Positions 48,401 to 61,151 of a stretch of 64,000 nucleotides of DNA are shown here, piece after piece. The notes below the pieces were generated by a model. The model was not told the origin of the DNA and searched no databases. It worked only from the letters and a program-made list of their open reading frames with translations. The translations under genes and the position numbers were made by a program. This stretch comes from Rhizaria sp. SCN 62-66 (taxonomy: Eukaryota). Where the stretch lies: assembly GCA_001724265.1 (NCBI GenBank), contig MEDY01000136.1, forward strand, positions 1-64,000, read 5' to 3'. Position 1 is the stretch's first letter. Every line of letters starts with the position of its first letter.

Positions 48401-50560
48401 TACTCACCGGCGCGCAACGGCTCCGGTCTGTCTGCGGCGGCGCTGGCGAGCGCCCACGCGGCCAACGCGGCGGGCGGCACCGGGCGCGGGCGCGGCGGCG
48501 ACTACGGCTACGGCGGCAGCGGCAGCGTGAGCGTGAGCGGCAGCATGCGCGGCAGCGGCACCAGAGCCCTCGCGGCTGGCACCGCGGCGGCCACCGCGGC
48601 CGCGGCTGCTGCGGCGGCGGCCGCCGCGGCGGAGGCCGACTTGTACAGCAGCATACGCTCGACGTTCGGCAACGACAGCAGCGCGCAGAGCACTTTCGGC
48701 GACGACATCTACGTCAACAACGGCACGGGGGCTAGGGCAGGCGCCGGCGGCTTTGGCACCGGCTACGACTCTGCGTTCGGCTCCGGCTCGCCGTACGGGG
48801 ACGAGTCTGAGCCCGACACGCCGTCGCCCGCCACGAACGTCTTCGCCCTCTCCAACTCCAGCTCTGGCTCGAGTGCCAACGCCGGCGCGAGCGCCAGTAG
48901 CGGCGTCAGCAGTAGCGGCAGCAGCAGCGCGCACCGGAGCGGGGTGGGCCACTACGCGATGCGCAACTCGCCGCGGCTGCCCGCGCGCACCGCCAACGCG
49001 CACGCCGCGGGCAGCGGCGGTGGCAGCGGCAGCGGCGCGGTCACGGGGTACAACGGCGGCCAGCTGCAGCAGCTGCAGCACTTTGGCACTGGCAGAGTCA
49101 CCAGAAGCGCCAACATCCACAGCGCGAGCGCGAGCAATGCTAACTCCAGCTCTGGCTCTGGCTCTGGCTCGAGTGTCAGTGGCGGCGGCTTCACAGTCGT
49201 GGCTGCGCCTGGGCCTGCGCCTCTCACACTCAACAGAAGCACGAGTAGAGCGAGAGCCAACTCGAGCTTTGTCAATGTCACTACAAGCTCAAGCTCCAGC
49301 TCTGGCGCAAATGCAGGCTCTGGCGCGTCTCAATCCTTTGACTCAAGCACCAACGCCAATGTTAATGCTCACAACTCGAACAGCGCTGACTCTAGCACTG
49401 CGGCCGCTGCCGGCGATAGAAGGCCCAGTCTGTCCCAGAGGACGTCGGCGCCCGCGCTGCCGCTGCCCGCGCTGCCCCCGCTCGCCCACAACGCGCACGG
49501 CAGTGCTGACGGCGCCGCTGTCAACGAGAGCTTCGACCACAGTAGTCCCGCCAACGAGGACAATTGCGGCGATCAGTCTGACTCTCGCGACGACGCCGAT
49601 GACGCTGTCGACGACGGCACCTAGAGTGACTGCGCCGACTACCACGGCCACGATGGCGAGTGCGAGAACAGTGACAGCGACTGTGAACAGCTCCGCGACC
49701 AGAGCGCAGTCAACTGGGAGGAGGCCGCGACCAAGGCCTACGCGTCTCCGAAGCACTACAGCCGGAGCAGCGGCAACACCCCGGGCACGCCCAGTCTCTG
49801 CGCCCTTGGTGCGTCGCATAGAACCGCGAGCACCGGCAGCAACCACAACCACATCGCCGGCGCTGCTTCTGCTGCTCTTGGTGGCCCGAGTGTGCACGTG
49901 TCAGCGTCCGCGTCGCCGTCGCCGATCACGGTCACGCGCGCGCTGCTGCGCACGCACTCAAGCGCCAGCTCGCAATCGCACTCGCTCTCGCTCGCCCTCA
50001 ACAACAACAGCAACGGCAACTCCAATGTCGCTGGCTCGGGCACGAGCTCGCGGGCCGGATCGCGCGCCGACACGACGGCCGCCGCGGCCGCAGCAGCATC
50101 GGCAGCAGCCGCAGCCGCAGCGGCGTCCGTGTCCGTCTCGGCGTCGACGTCGACGGCGCACAGCTCACCCGGCGCCGCCGGCGGGGCTCTGGCCGCGACG
50201 ACGACCGCTGGCGCGAGCGCCGGCGGCGCGGGCGGCAGCACCTACAGCCTGGGCTCCGGCTCCGTGCTGGGCGGCTCGACCGCGAGCAGCGCCAACTCGC
50301 TCTCGCAGCTGCAGCAGGAGATGCAACACTCGCACACGCACCTGCAGGCGCTCTCCGCGGCGCAACTGCAGCACGGGGGCTCCGAACACGGCCACTCCGG
50401 CCCGTCCGGCCAGCCGCAGCCGCAGCCTCAAGGCCAAGGTCAGGGCCAGCAGGGTGGACTTTGGGCGCGCGTCAACGAGGGCGCGCTGGGCATGCCGCGG
50501 CTCGTGGCGAGCCCCGAGAATGAGTCCGAGCTCGTCATTGGCCGCTGGAAGGGCATCTAA
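45421..50560 (+). CDS. PX domain + permuted papain-like (NlpC/P60, YiiX/YaeF-type) domain protein, 2 exons, ~1664 aa; one in-frame TAG
   Basis: Exons 45421-47616 and 47762-50560. PX: YIAYEI...WAVWRRYSEFREL...LPALPSRK.FG...FVDQRK. Papain-like: GDVVLF, YDHVGIV, LMEAT..GV, GKPY, FFCSELVA (His before Cys). TAG at 49622-49624 is followed by 311 open codons to TAA. The start ATG is assumed. Confidence 0.78.
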
Positions 50561-51623
50561 CTCGCGCAGTGTCACTCTGAAACTTCTAGTTTTGTGATCT
50601 GTTTATTCCTTCTGTGTACTGGTACTACACGCTACTTAGTCTTCTTTTTTTTCTCTTAGTATCTGCTTCTGTTTTATCTTATTTCTTAATCCTATGCTTT
50701 CATAGCATGACGTTGTTTGTTTCCCTGTTGCATCCCACTCCCCTCTCCAATCTCTTCTTCGCTTCACTAGACATGCGCTATTTTCACAATAACAAGTATT
50801 ATTTTGTTATGTTGGCCTGTTTTTGATGTGCGTCACTTATATCTACACACTTCACAGTGGTTTTCTCCCCGTTACCTTAGCCCCTCCTCTTCGAACAAAC
50901 ATGCAGACTCAGATGTACCTTTTTGCTTTTATCACGTGTGCATATTATTTATCAGTGTTGAAACAACATACACTATTATTTTATTACTCACTTGAATTAG
51001 CTCGATGGTCTGTATTTCCGGTGTTTTACCATCGTCAAATTCATTCCAACCACATCTCGCTTGACGCGTGACCGATGATGCTTTGCTCACAGTCGCGGGG
51101 GGTGACTGTGGGCAGACTCTGGGCCGACGATCGACTGCGAATCGCCAATCGTTGCCCACCTTTGGCGACGTCGAAGTGGGGTTTGACATTTATGTATTTG
51201 GTTGTAAATTTTGTATGTCATGGGGCAAGGGCATGATTGTCGTAGCATTTAACAGTTTTGCGCTGGACGTTGGCCCTGCGCCAGGGGACCTGCTTTGATG
51301 GAGGAGAGCAAAGATCCATCTACTATCTGACTCAGCCGTCTATTTTCGTCTCTCCGCTCCCGTCGGTTGTCATTATAGCGATTCTTTCACCGCACACGGC
51401 CTAAAGCTGCTGTTTTATTTGCTGTTACCACTATCGCTTTCCTTTTCTTTTTTATCCTGTCCCTCTACACCTCTATTGATCCCCCATGCTACTCGTACCG
51501 ATCTGTTATTACTCTCCATCGATGCTCCAATCCTATGTCAGCTGTCCTAATTTGCTCACAAACAACATATGTTATATATCTCTTTTAATTGGTCTGCCTA
51601 CTTGTTGTAAAACGTAGAGCTCG

Positions 51624-54600
51624 ATGTCTAACCTCATCGAGAAGCAGTGCACGCTGCTCATCCCCTTCGACACCTCCGTCGAGGAGCGCAAGGAATCGAC
51701 TCTTATGGTACGTAAACGTCGAACTACACATAAAAACGCGCTTAAATCCTAACCACGCGTGTCAGAGGTTGCTTCTTGCTACGAATTTTGATCCTCGCTC
51801 CGTTTTTCTAAGAGGCTAACGCCAATCAGCTCCACCTCGCCCAATGCACATCCTTTCTCACCCCGTCACTCTCCTTCTCGCGCGCGCTCGCTTGCCCTTC
51901 GTTTGCATTCTTCTTTCTTAGAGTCAGCTTGAGTCTCCCGATGACGAGGTGAAGATTGCGACGCTGAAGGAGATTATTGTGCGCATGCTCAACGGCGACC
52001 AGTTCCCCAAGGTCCTCATGGGCGTCATCAAGTACTGCACGCGCTCCGAGAACCACACCATCAAGAAGCTCGTCCTGGTCTTTTTCGAGATTGTGGAGCG
52101 GAAGTCGGCCGACGGCAAGCTGCTGGCGGAGATGATCCTTATTTGCGACGCGATGAAGGCGAACCTGAACCACGCGAACGAGTTCATCCGTGGCAACACG
52201 CTGCGCTTCCTGACCAAGGTGCGCGACCGCCAGATCATCGAGTCGCTCGTGGCCGACGTCATCACCAACCTCTCGCACCGCCACTCGTACGTGCGCAAGT
52301 ACGCCGCGCTGGCCGTGCACGCCGTCTACGAGGCCTGCCCGGACCTAATCCCCGATGCGCCGGAGCTGGTCGAGGCGTTCCTCTTCGCGGAGTACAACCC
52401 CGCCGCGAAGCGCAACGCGCTGCTCTTCCTGCTGCACTGCGACCCCGCGCGCGCGCTGGGCTACCTCAACTCGATCCTGCCTACGGTGCACCTGCTGGGC
52501 GAGTCGACGCTGCTGGTCGTGCTCGAGCTCGTGCGCAAGGTCGTCGCGTCCACACCCGCCGTCAAGGGCCAGTACCTCCGCGCGGTGCACAACATGCTCT
52601 CGCAGTCTACGTCCACGCCCGTTGTGTTCGAGGCTGCCAACACGCTCGTCGCGCTCTCCGCCGCGCCCACGGCCGTGCGCGCCGCCGTCGGCGCATACTG
52701 CCAGGTCATGACCAGCTCCTCTGACAACAACGTCAAGTACGTCCTGTGGCTTAATTATTCCTTGCTCTTTCATTTGAAGTGAAAAACCACTCGTTTTTGA
52801 ACTGTTCCTTTGAAACTCTCTCACAAACAAATTATACTTCATACTTCTGTGTTCCTTATCTTTTAGGCTGATTGTGCTGGCGCGTCTGGCGAAGCTCAAG
52901 GCGCGGTTCGCGAGCATCCTGCACGAGCACGTCAACGACATCCTGCAGCTGCTGGCGACGCCCAACAGCATCATCCGCCAGCAGGCCGTCGCGCTCGCGC
53001 TCGACCTCGTCACCGGCAGCTCTGTCGACGCGCTCGTCACCGCCTTCCGCAAGCACCTGCTCCTCTCGCAGAGCTCCGCCGCGGGCGCCAACGGCGCCGC
53101 CGCCGCCGGGGCTGCTGCGGGCGCCGAGCAGCTACAGCAGCAGCAGCGCTCGTCCGCAGAGGCGTTCCGCAAGCTCCTGATTGAGGCGTTACACCGGTGC
53201 GCCGTGCAGTTCCCCTCGGTCGTCCCGGCGGTGGCGCCGACGCTGATCGCGTTCCTGTCGGAGCCGACACCGTGGGTAGCCGCGCTGGTGGTGCAGTTTC
53301 TCCGCGAGGTCGCCGAGGAGCACCCCGCGCTGCGCCCCGAGCTGCTCGCGCGCCTTGCCGCCGCGCTCGCCTCAGTCCGCTCCGCCGCCGCCCTCCGCGG
53401 CGCGCTCTGGATCCTCGGCGAGTACGCGGGCGTCAGCGAGGGAGTCACCGACGCGGCGCTTTCCCGCGCCGTCGCCGCCGTCGCCGCGGGCGCGGAGTCC
53501 GGGCTTGTGCTTGCCGAGGCCGCCGCCGCGGGCAACGCCGCCCGCGGCTGTCTCTCGGCCCTGCTCGCCGCGACGGAGCCGCTGCCCATCACGGGCACCG
53601 GGGCTGTTCCCGCCGAGGACGGCGCCGCGGCCGGCGCGCCCGTCGAGGGCTCGCCGCTGCGCGTCATGTTGGCGGGCTCTGAGCCATTCCTGGCGACGGC
53701 CGTGGCGACGTGCGCGGCCAAGCTGCTGCTGCGTCTGCGCAAGCTCTCACGCGCGCTGCGGGCGCCCGTGCCGCTGCCGTCGCCGCGCGACTCTGCGCGC
53801 GCGCTGCTGCTCGCGACCTCGCTGCTCACCGTCGCCGCGCCCGTGCTCTCGACGGACCCCAGCGCGCCGCGCGCGCCGCAGGAGGTGCTGCTCGAGTACC
53901 GCGACACGGCGCGCGCGCTCGAACACGACTCAGCCGAGCGCCTGCTGCTGTGTCTGCGCACCATGATGTCGCTGCACAACGCCGCCGCGGCCGACGGCGG
54001 CGAGGACGCCGACGCCGCCATCGCGGCCGCCGACGCGCTGCTCACCGGCGGCCGCGAGTCGTACCTGCTCGCGCTCCAGGACCAGCGCCGCCGCACCGCC
54101 GCCGCGCACTCCAGCTCCAGTTCCAGCGCCGGTGCCGGCGCTGCCGCGGGCGGCACCGTGGGCGTTGACCGCAGCGGCGTCAGCGGCGCCGACACGGGCT
54201 TCGGCTCGGGCGCACGCGAGGCCGCCTCGGCCGCCGCGGCGCTGGGACTGCCGGCCTCGGAGGCGACCGTGGGCAGCGGCAACGGCGACGGTAGCAGCCT
54301 CGCCAGCCCCGTGTCGAGCGGCAAGAGCAAGACGGGCGGGGCCATCGCGCGCGCCGCGGCGGCCGCTGCTGCCGCGGCCGCGGCCGTGCACAACAGCGGC
54401 ACCGTGGCCGCGGCGGCTGAGGTAGACGCCATCATCTCGATCCGGCAGCTGCGCCGCGGTGCGGACGCGGCGGTCGAGGCCGACATGGGCGAGGGGGACG
54501 GCGACGGCAGCGGCAGCGGCGCGGGCAACACGGCCGTCAATACGGCCGACGACCTGGACGTCGCGCTGCACGGCCGCAACACGCGCTCGGTGCTGGACTT

Positions 54601-55390
54601 GAGCAAGCTGGACCGCGTGTTCCAGCTCACCGGCTACGGCGACCCCGTGTATGCGGAGGCGCAGGCCACGGTGCTCGAGTTCGACCTGCTGCTCGACGTC
54701 ACGCTCGTCAACCAGACGGGCAAGCTGCTGCAGAACGTTGGTCTGGAGCTCCACACGTCGTCGGACATCCGCCTGGTGGACCGCCCGCAGCGGCTCGCGC
54801 TGCCTGCACAGGGCTCCGTGACGGTGCAGTGCGCCTTCAAGCTGCTGCGCACCGAGTCGGGCACCGTGCTGGGCAACCTCTCGTTCGATTCACCGCGCGG
54901 CGGCAGCGAGGCGCAAACGGTGATTTGCCTCAACCCGGTGCAGATCGACATCCTCGACTTCATCCTGCCCGCCTCGTGCGCGGACGCCGCGTTCCGCACG
55001 ATGTGGGCCGAGTTCAAGTGGGAGAACAAGATCACGGTCAACACGGACATCACGTCGCCCACGGCATTCCTGGCACACGTCATCGGCATCACGCACATGC
55101 GCTGCCTCACGCCGCCCACGGCTCTGGCGGGCGCGTGCTCCTTCCTCTCGGCCAACCTCTGCGCGCAGAGCATCTTCGGCGAGACTGCGCTGATGAACCT
55201 CTCCGTGGAGCGCACTGCCGAGGGCACGCTGGCCGGCTACATGCGCATCCGCGCCGTCACCCGCGGCATCGCGCTGGGGCTCGGCGGCAAGCTCATGGCC
55301 AACCAGCGCGCCGCTAAGGCCAACAACAGCCTCGGCGGCGCCGCCGCGCCCCTGACCACTATCCAGGTCCAAGCCGGCGGCTCTGAATGA
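51624..55390 (+). CDS. COPB1: Coatomer subunit beta (beta-COP), 3 exons, ~1140 aa
   Basis: Exons 51624-51707, 51922-52736 and 52867-55390. Motifs EMILIC, HANEFIRGNTLRFL, HRHSYVRK, DNNVK|LIVL, QLTG..DPVYAEA, FRTMWAEF.WENK, GYMRIRA.T.GIALGLG. Ends TGA. Confidence 0.95.
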
Positions 55391-55966
55391 GCACGCATGA
55401 TGAAGCAAAGCTGTTAAGTGAAAGGGCTTCGAGCATGTTAAGGCCATGACAAGCCAAGCAAACTAGGGCCATGTTGTGCTTGCATGCAATCGTTTATATA
55501 TAATATAAGAAAATGTTGGACCATCAAGCTGTCTACTGTTGTATCTTGATTAATTACAAAGAACGCGTCCATAAACGAGTACAATCTAGAATTATCAATC
55601 CTGATGCGTCATACGGTTCAGAGAGATGCATATAAGCGTCCGTTCATGTTTGTTTGAATAGTAAGCTGGATGTTCGCAACGTGTTGAAATACATCTGTAT
55701 ATGGTGTTTGATGAATGTTATTTGATGGTGTTGTTTTTTTGTTATTGGTAATTTGTCCGATTACGCATGCAAGTCGTAACAGAAACAACTGAACGTTTTT
55801 GGTTGAGAGAAATAGCTTTGTTGTTGATATCATAGGTAAAACCAAGCTATTAGCGAATCATCAAATCATTGCCACGAAAGAGAAAAACATATTAGAAAAA
55901 AAAGACAAAAAGAAGAAAGACAATTCTGAGCTCATGGCGCGAGAGCGTGCAGAGACGACTGTCGCT

Positions 55967-57986
55967 TTAGCCGCGCGCGGCGTAGGCGACGCCGCCGTGG
56001 TGGTGCGCGCCGTGGCCGTCCTCGTCCTCGTCGTCCTCGTCGGCCCCGTAGTCGGTCATCATGCCGCCGCGGCCCGCGCCGCCGGCGCCGAGCATGAGCC
56101 CGCCGCTGCCGACGGTGACGGCGCCGGCGGCGTCGTCGCCCGCGGCGCCCGCGCCGTCCTGCGCGGCGCCGTCCTGGCCGCGAGCCTGCTGCGCGCGGTA
56201 CATGGCCAGCAGTTCGTTGGTGCGCTGCTCGATGACGCCCAGGTAGAGCATCATGTTGCTCTCGGTGACGCCCGTAGATCCCATCAGCTCGGGCGCCACA
56301 AGCGCGGAGCAGCCGACCTTGTGAAAGATGGCGTTGATGCCCTCCTTGAGGCGGCCCATAGTGACGCTGCTCTCGGCGCTGCGGCGCGCGTAGTCGTCGG
56401 CCGTCTTGTCAGTCGCGCTCAGCTGCGACTCAAGCCCCACAAGAAGCTGCTTCTTGGCTGAGCGCGCGCCCGCCTCGCGCAGCGCCGCGGCCTCGCGCTG
56501 CGTCGCCGCCACCGACTCCTCCAGACGCTCGATCTCGCTCGAGAGGTCGTTGACGTAGTTGAACATGCGAAACGACACGTCCTCGGCCGTGACGAAGGTG
56601 TTGACCAGCTCGTCAATGTCCGTGATCTGCGTCGCCTTCTGAATCTTGGCGAAGGCCTCCTCGTACGTCTGCACCTTGGCCAGCGCCGCGCGGATGCTCT
56701 CGCCGTCCTTGCTCACGTCCTGTGAAAGAAAAAGTGAGTAAAACAAGACAAAGATCGAAGCGCATGAGTGTGAATATCAACAATCATGGAAATACTTAAG
56801 TCAAGAAACCAAATGTCAAAGCAATAAAGGATGAGAGACGAAAGTACGTACCTCGGCGCCGCGGCGCACGCGCTCCTTGAGCTGGCGAGCCTCCTCCTGG
56901 GCGCTCTGGCCGCTGCCGGCGGCGACGACCGCGGTGCTGTTGTTGCTGCTGGTGCTGGCGTCGGGCGCCATAAGCGCGGGTGTGCCGGTGCTGTCGTGCT
57001 TGATGAAGGCCTTCTTGGCGCGGTCATCCTCGATGGCACCCTTGAGCTCGCGCCATTCGGCCTCGAAGGCGGCCTGGTCACGGTCCGCCTGCTCCTTGAG
57101 CGCCAGCATCTCGCTCTGCGCCTCGTCGCGCGTCATGTACGCGTCGTTGGTCACCGACACAATCTGCTCCATGCGCGCCTTCTTGTCCTGCAGCTCGCGG
57201 TTGAGCTTCTTATAGATATCGTCAAACACGGAGCGCTCGCGCCGCAGCGACTCGATCTGCCCGCGCAGCTGCGTGTTATGTGCCAGCGCCTCGTTGAACT
57301 TGACCAGCGCCTTGTCCAGCCGGTTCTCTAGGATGCGGATCTGCTTCTGCACGGCCTGGTTGTTCTGGCGGAACGCGTTGACGCCGCCCATCTTCTTGCG
57401 CTGCTCCAGGATCGACTCGTTGAGCTGACCCAGGTGCTCGGAGAGCTTCTTCACGCGCTCGCGCTCCTTGGCAATCTTACGCTGATACAGCTCGCCCTGG
57501 TCCTGCAGCTTCGCAATCTGCGAAGACGCAGACATGTTGTTCGCCTGCTTAGCCTGTGACGCGCGATGACAAGATAGCAAGAATGAGAATGTGGGGGAAT
57601 GTGAAGAAAAGGTGAGGACAAAACATCAACATGAGGTTGTTAAAAGTAAAATACAGATATAACGTAGATAATTTTATCGTATAATACTCCTATTGTCGTA
57701 AAACACGTTGATCGTCTTCGCTTGCGTGTCAGCAACGTACCTGGCGGGTCTCGAGAGCGAGGTCCTCTTTAAGGCGCTCGTTGTCGCGCTTGAGCTTCTC
57801 AATCTGCTGGCGCTGCATGCGGAGCGTGCTCTGCGACTCCTCAGTGCCGTGGCGGCGCGAGAGCTCCTTAAGACGCTGCTTCATCTGCTCGTCCTCGGCG
57901 TCGGCGGCCGACGCGGGGGGCGCCGACGCAACCGTGTCGCCCAAGCCCTGCGTCGCTCCGCGCGAGCGGGGCGCTGCGGACGACAT
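55967..57986 (-). CDS. Outer dynein arm docking complex subunit (ODA-DC2 / CCDC114-CCDC63 family), 3 exons, ~566 aa
   Basis: Exons 57986-57741, 57553-56852 and 56719-55967. Coiled coil with KMGGVNA, KQIRILENRLDKALVKFNEAL, YEEAFAKI, F.MFNYVN, GVTESNMMLYLGVIEQRTNELL. Ends TAA. Confidence 0.88.
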
Positions 57987-58232
57987 CTGCTGACTGAGCG
58001 TGTGATGCAACGCAGAGATGGAAAGAAAAAAGTAGGGGTATTCGTGAGTGTGAGGAAACAGGCAAGGTAATGTAGATAGATCGAGTGCAGAGAGGCAACA
58101 ATAGCGCTCGTGGAGGCTTAGACAATCAAATAACGGGGACATGGAGGAGGCCTTCCGGCAGAGACACGCTTGCGTATTGGTAGGGCATTGTAAAAATAAA
58201 TAAATAAACAAAACGTGATATTCATAATAAAC

Positions 58233-58504
58233 CCGCTAGGTCACAAAACGACGGTGGCTTCACGTCCTCCCAGCCCATGAAAGATTGCCCACCTTGCCGT
58301 TACTAGTCTCGAGTGACTCGTTGGCCAAGACAGCCAGCAGAGTCGGTGGGCGAGTCTCTGACCAAGACAGACCGACTGGACTGTGAGGCGGCCTAAGTTC
58401 CGTCCGGCGGTCTGGCTCTGGACCGGCGGCCCTCCGACCGAGGACCGTCCGAGGGCTCGGGCAGCGCCAGGGCCGTCACGCGAATGGCTGCAGCGGTATA
58501 TTTT
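58233..58504. other. GC-rich intergenic element with nested inverted repeats; possible structured ncRNA
   Basis: Seven mutually compatible short stems were found by eye; the flanks are AT-rich. I recognise no family. Confidence 0.3.
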
Positions 58505-58728
58505 GATCGTGTTGGGGATTTGATAATTGTGCTTGGAAAGCCTTTGAGTTGTGTTTCGCGTTATACTTTGTTTTTTCGTCTCCATAAGGACTATTTTCCC
58601 CACTGAGGACAGAGGAGCCGTACCCTCTGTGCTCGCTTGTGTCGACTCCTCTCTGCCCGCCCGCACACTCGCGCTCACACGCCCTTGTTCTCCTTCGGCC
58701 CGCCTAATTTGTCTTTCAGAAGGTCAAG

Positions 58729-61151
58729 ATGGTTGTTTACAACTTCAAGACCATTGTCAAGGTTCCCGCCTCCAAGGGTACGTCACTATCCAGCTACTTT
58801 GCGTGCTCTCGAAGACCCCTCTCGAAGAGCACACCTATTCCTCCTCTCTCACGCTCGCCTCAACTCTGGCTTTCGTGCTCTATGCACCTATCTCGCCTTG
58901 ATTTATGTTGCCCATCTCCTTTTCTTTCGAATTGTCTTACTTTTCGTTCTCACCCTTTTCCGTTTTGTCGACTTTTATTCCCTGTTTCGCACCCTCGTTT
59001 TTCTCGCCCTCTTCGCTGCTCCCCCTATCATATCTTACACCTTCTCGCTTTGCGGCGTTGTTGTCCCCCGTCTTAGAGCTGATTGACATCATTCTCTCCC
59101 GCACGCAGCGCAAGACGCCGACGGTGTGCCACCGGGGCTGGTACATCCAGCGCATCCGCGACTTCTACGCGCGCAAGGTGAAGTTCACGTGCGAGTCCTT
59201 CACGGACAAGCTGACGCAGATGCTCAACGACTTCCCCCGTGTCGACGACATCCACCCGTACTACGCGGACTTGATCAACGTGCTTTACTCGAAGCACCAC
59301 TACAAGCTCGCGCTGGGCCAGATCTCGCAGGCGCGCACGCTCATCGAGAACATCGCCAAGGACACGCTCAAGTTCCTTAAGTACGCCGAGACGCAGTACC
59401 GCTGCAAGTGCCAGAAGCGCGCCGCGCTGGGCCGCATGGCCACGATTGCGCGCAAGCTGAACACGTCGCTGGGTTACCTGGAGCGCGTGCGCCAGCACAT
59501 GTCGCGTCTGCCCTCGATCGACCCCAACACGCGCACCGTCATCATCACCGGCTTCCCCAACGTCGGCAAGTCGTCCTTCATCAACAAGGTCTCGCGTGCC
59601 GACGTCGACGTGCAGAACTATGCCTTCACGACCAAGTCCGCGCACGTGGGCCACTTCGACTACCACAACTACCGCTGGCAGATCGTCGACACGCCCGGTA
59701 TCCTGGACCACTCGCTCGAGGACCGCAACATCATCGAGATGCAGGCCATCACGGCGCTCGCGCACCTCAACGCCACCGTTCTCTTCTTCATCGACATCTC
59801 CGAGTCGTGCGGCTACACGATCAAGAAGCAGGCCTCGCTCTACTTCATGATCAAGGAGCTCTTCTCCAACAAGCCGCTGCTGGTCGTTGCCAACAAGACG
59901 GACCTGCGCACGCTCGAGTCGCTCGAGGCCGAGGACCGCGCACTGATCGACGCCATCGCGGCGGACCGCAACACGCAGATCATCCCGATGTCCAACGCGA
60001 CTGAGGACGGCGTGTCCAAGGTCAAGGCCACGGCGTGCGACATGCTGCTGCGCTTCCGCTGCGAGCGCTCGCTGCAGTCGGCCAAGATGAAGCACATCGC
60101 GAACCGTATCAACATCGCGACGCCGACGCCACGCGACGACAAGCAGCGCGGCGTGTCGATCCCCGAGGCCGTGCTCAAGCGCCGCGCCGACGAGGCCGCG
60201 ACGCGCGAGCTGCTCATCAAGAACATGCGCGAGCAGGGCATCACCGACGAGGAGAAGCTCTCGCGCACGGCCGAGGAGGCCATCGTGGCGGGCCGTGAGA
60301 AGCGCGTGACGCTGCAGGACATTGTCGACGCCAACGGCGGGCCGCGCAACTTCATCTTCGACTACCGCACTTACCACGACCTGGCCAACCCCGACTGGCG
60401 GTTCGACTCGGTGCCCGAGTTCATGGACGGCAAGAACGTCGCCGACTTCTACGACCCCGACATCGAGGCCTGCCTCGACGCGCTGGAGCGCGAGGAGGAG
60501 GAGCTGCAGGCCGCCTTCGAGGAGTCCGGGCTGACGGCCAACGACGACGACGAGCTCACCGAGGAGCAGGCCATTCTGCTGGCCAAGATCCGGACCAAGA
60601 AGGCGCTCATGGCCGAGGAGGGCCGTCTGCGTCACGGCCGTGGCAACGCGCGCACGGCCGTCATGCCCCGCAACAAGCTGGGTCAGTCGCTAGCCCGCGC
60701 GCAGGAACGCCTGGGCGAGATCGGCCTCGACACGGAGAAGTTCACTGCCCTCGTCGAGGAGCGCTCCGAGGGCCGCGGCCGCGCCCGCAAGCGCGCGCTC
60801 GAGGACGCCCGTCAGCGCGGCGATGAGAGCGGCAGCGACGACGACGACGACGATGAGGACGCAGTCGATGAGCACGGCCGCTCGCGCTCCGTGTCGCGCG
60901 CCGTCAGCCGCATGCGCAACCACCCGTCGCACGTGCGCTCGCAGTCGCGCATGCACGGCCAGACCCCCGAGAAGGGCGACGGTTTCCGCGACGCCGAGAA
61001 CAAGCGCGCCGCCGAGCAGCGCGGCCGCCAGACACTGCGCCGTCTCCGCGTGCTCTCCGTCGCCTCCGAAGCGGACCGCCACGTGTACGACTGGAAGCCC
61101 AAGCACCTCAACGAGGGCAAGCGTGGCATCGGAAAGACCGACCGCCGTTAA
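58729..61151 (+). CDS. NOG1: Nucleolar GTP-binding protein 1 (NOG1/GTPBP4), 2 exons, 707 aa
   Basis: Exons 58729-58777 and 59077-61151. MVVYNFK, LSRTQRKTPT, GFPNVGKSS, YAFTTKS, DTPGILD, NKTD and C-terminal KPKHL..GKRGIGKTDRR. Ends TAA. Confidence 0.97.

Noticed and set aside
10816-49624. A-to-I editing (UAG to Trp) or pyrrolysine as the decoding mechanism
   Set aside because: Editing is not excluded without RNA data, but it would not explain the absence of terminal TAG, and Trp fits these disordered contexts poorly. Pyrrolysine is not known natively in eukaryotes, and no pyl genes are present here.
58228-58234. TAAACCC as a telomerase RNA template
   Set aside because: It is only one repeat unit with no alignment extension, so it is expected by chance.
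32438-61151. RLP24 and NOG1, interacting 60S biogenesis factors, in the same window
   Set aside because: They are about 25 kb apart with four unrelated genes between them; there is no evidence of a functional cluster.
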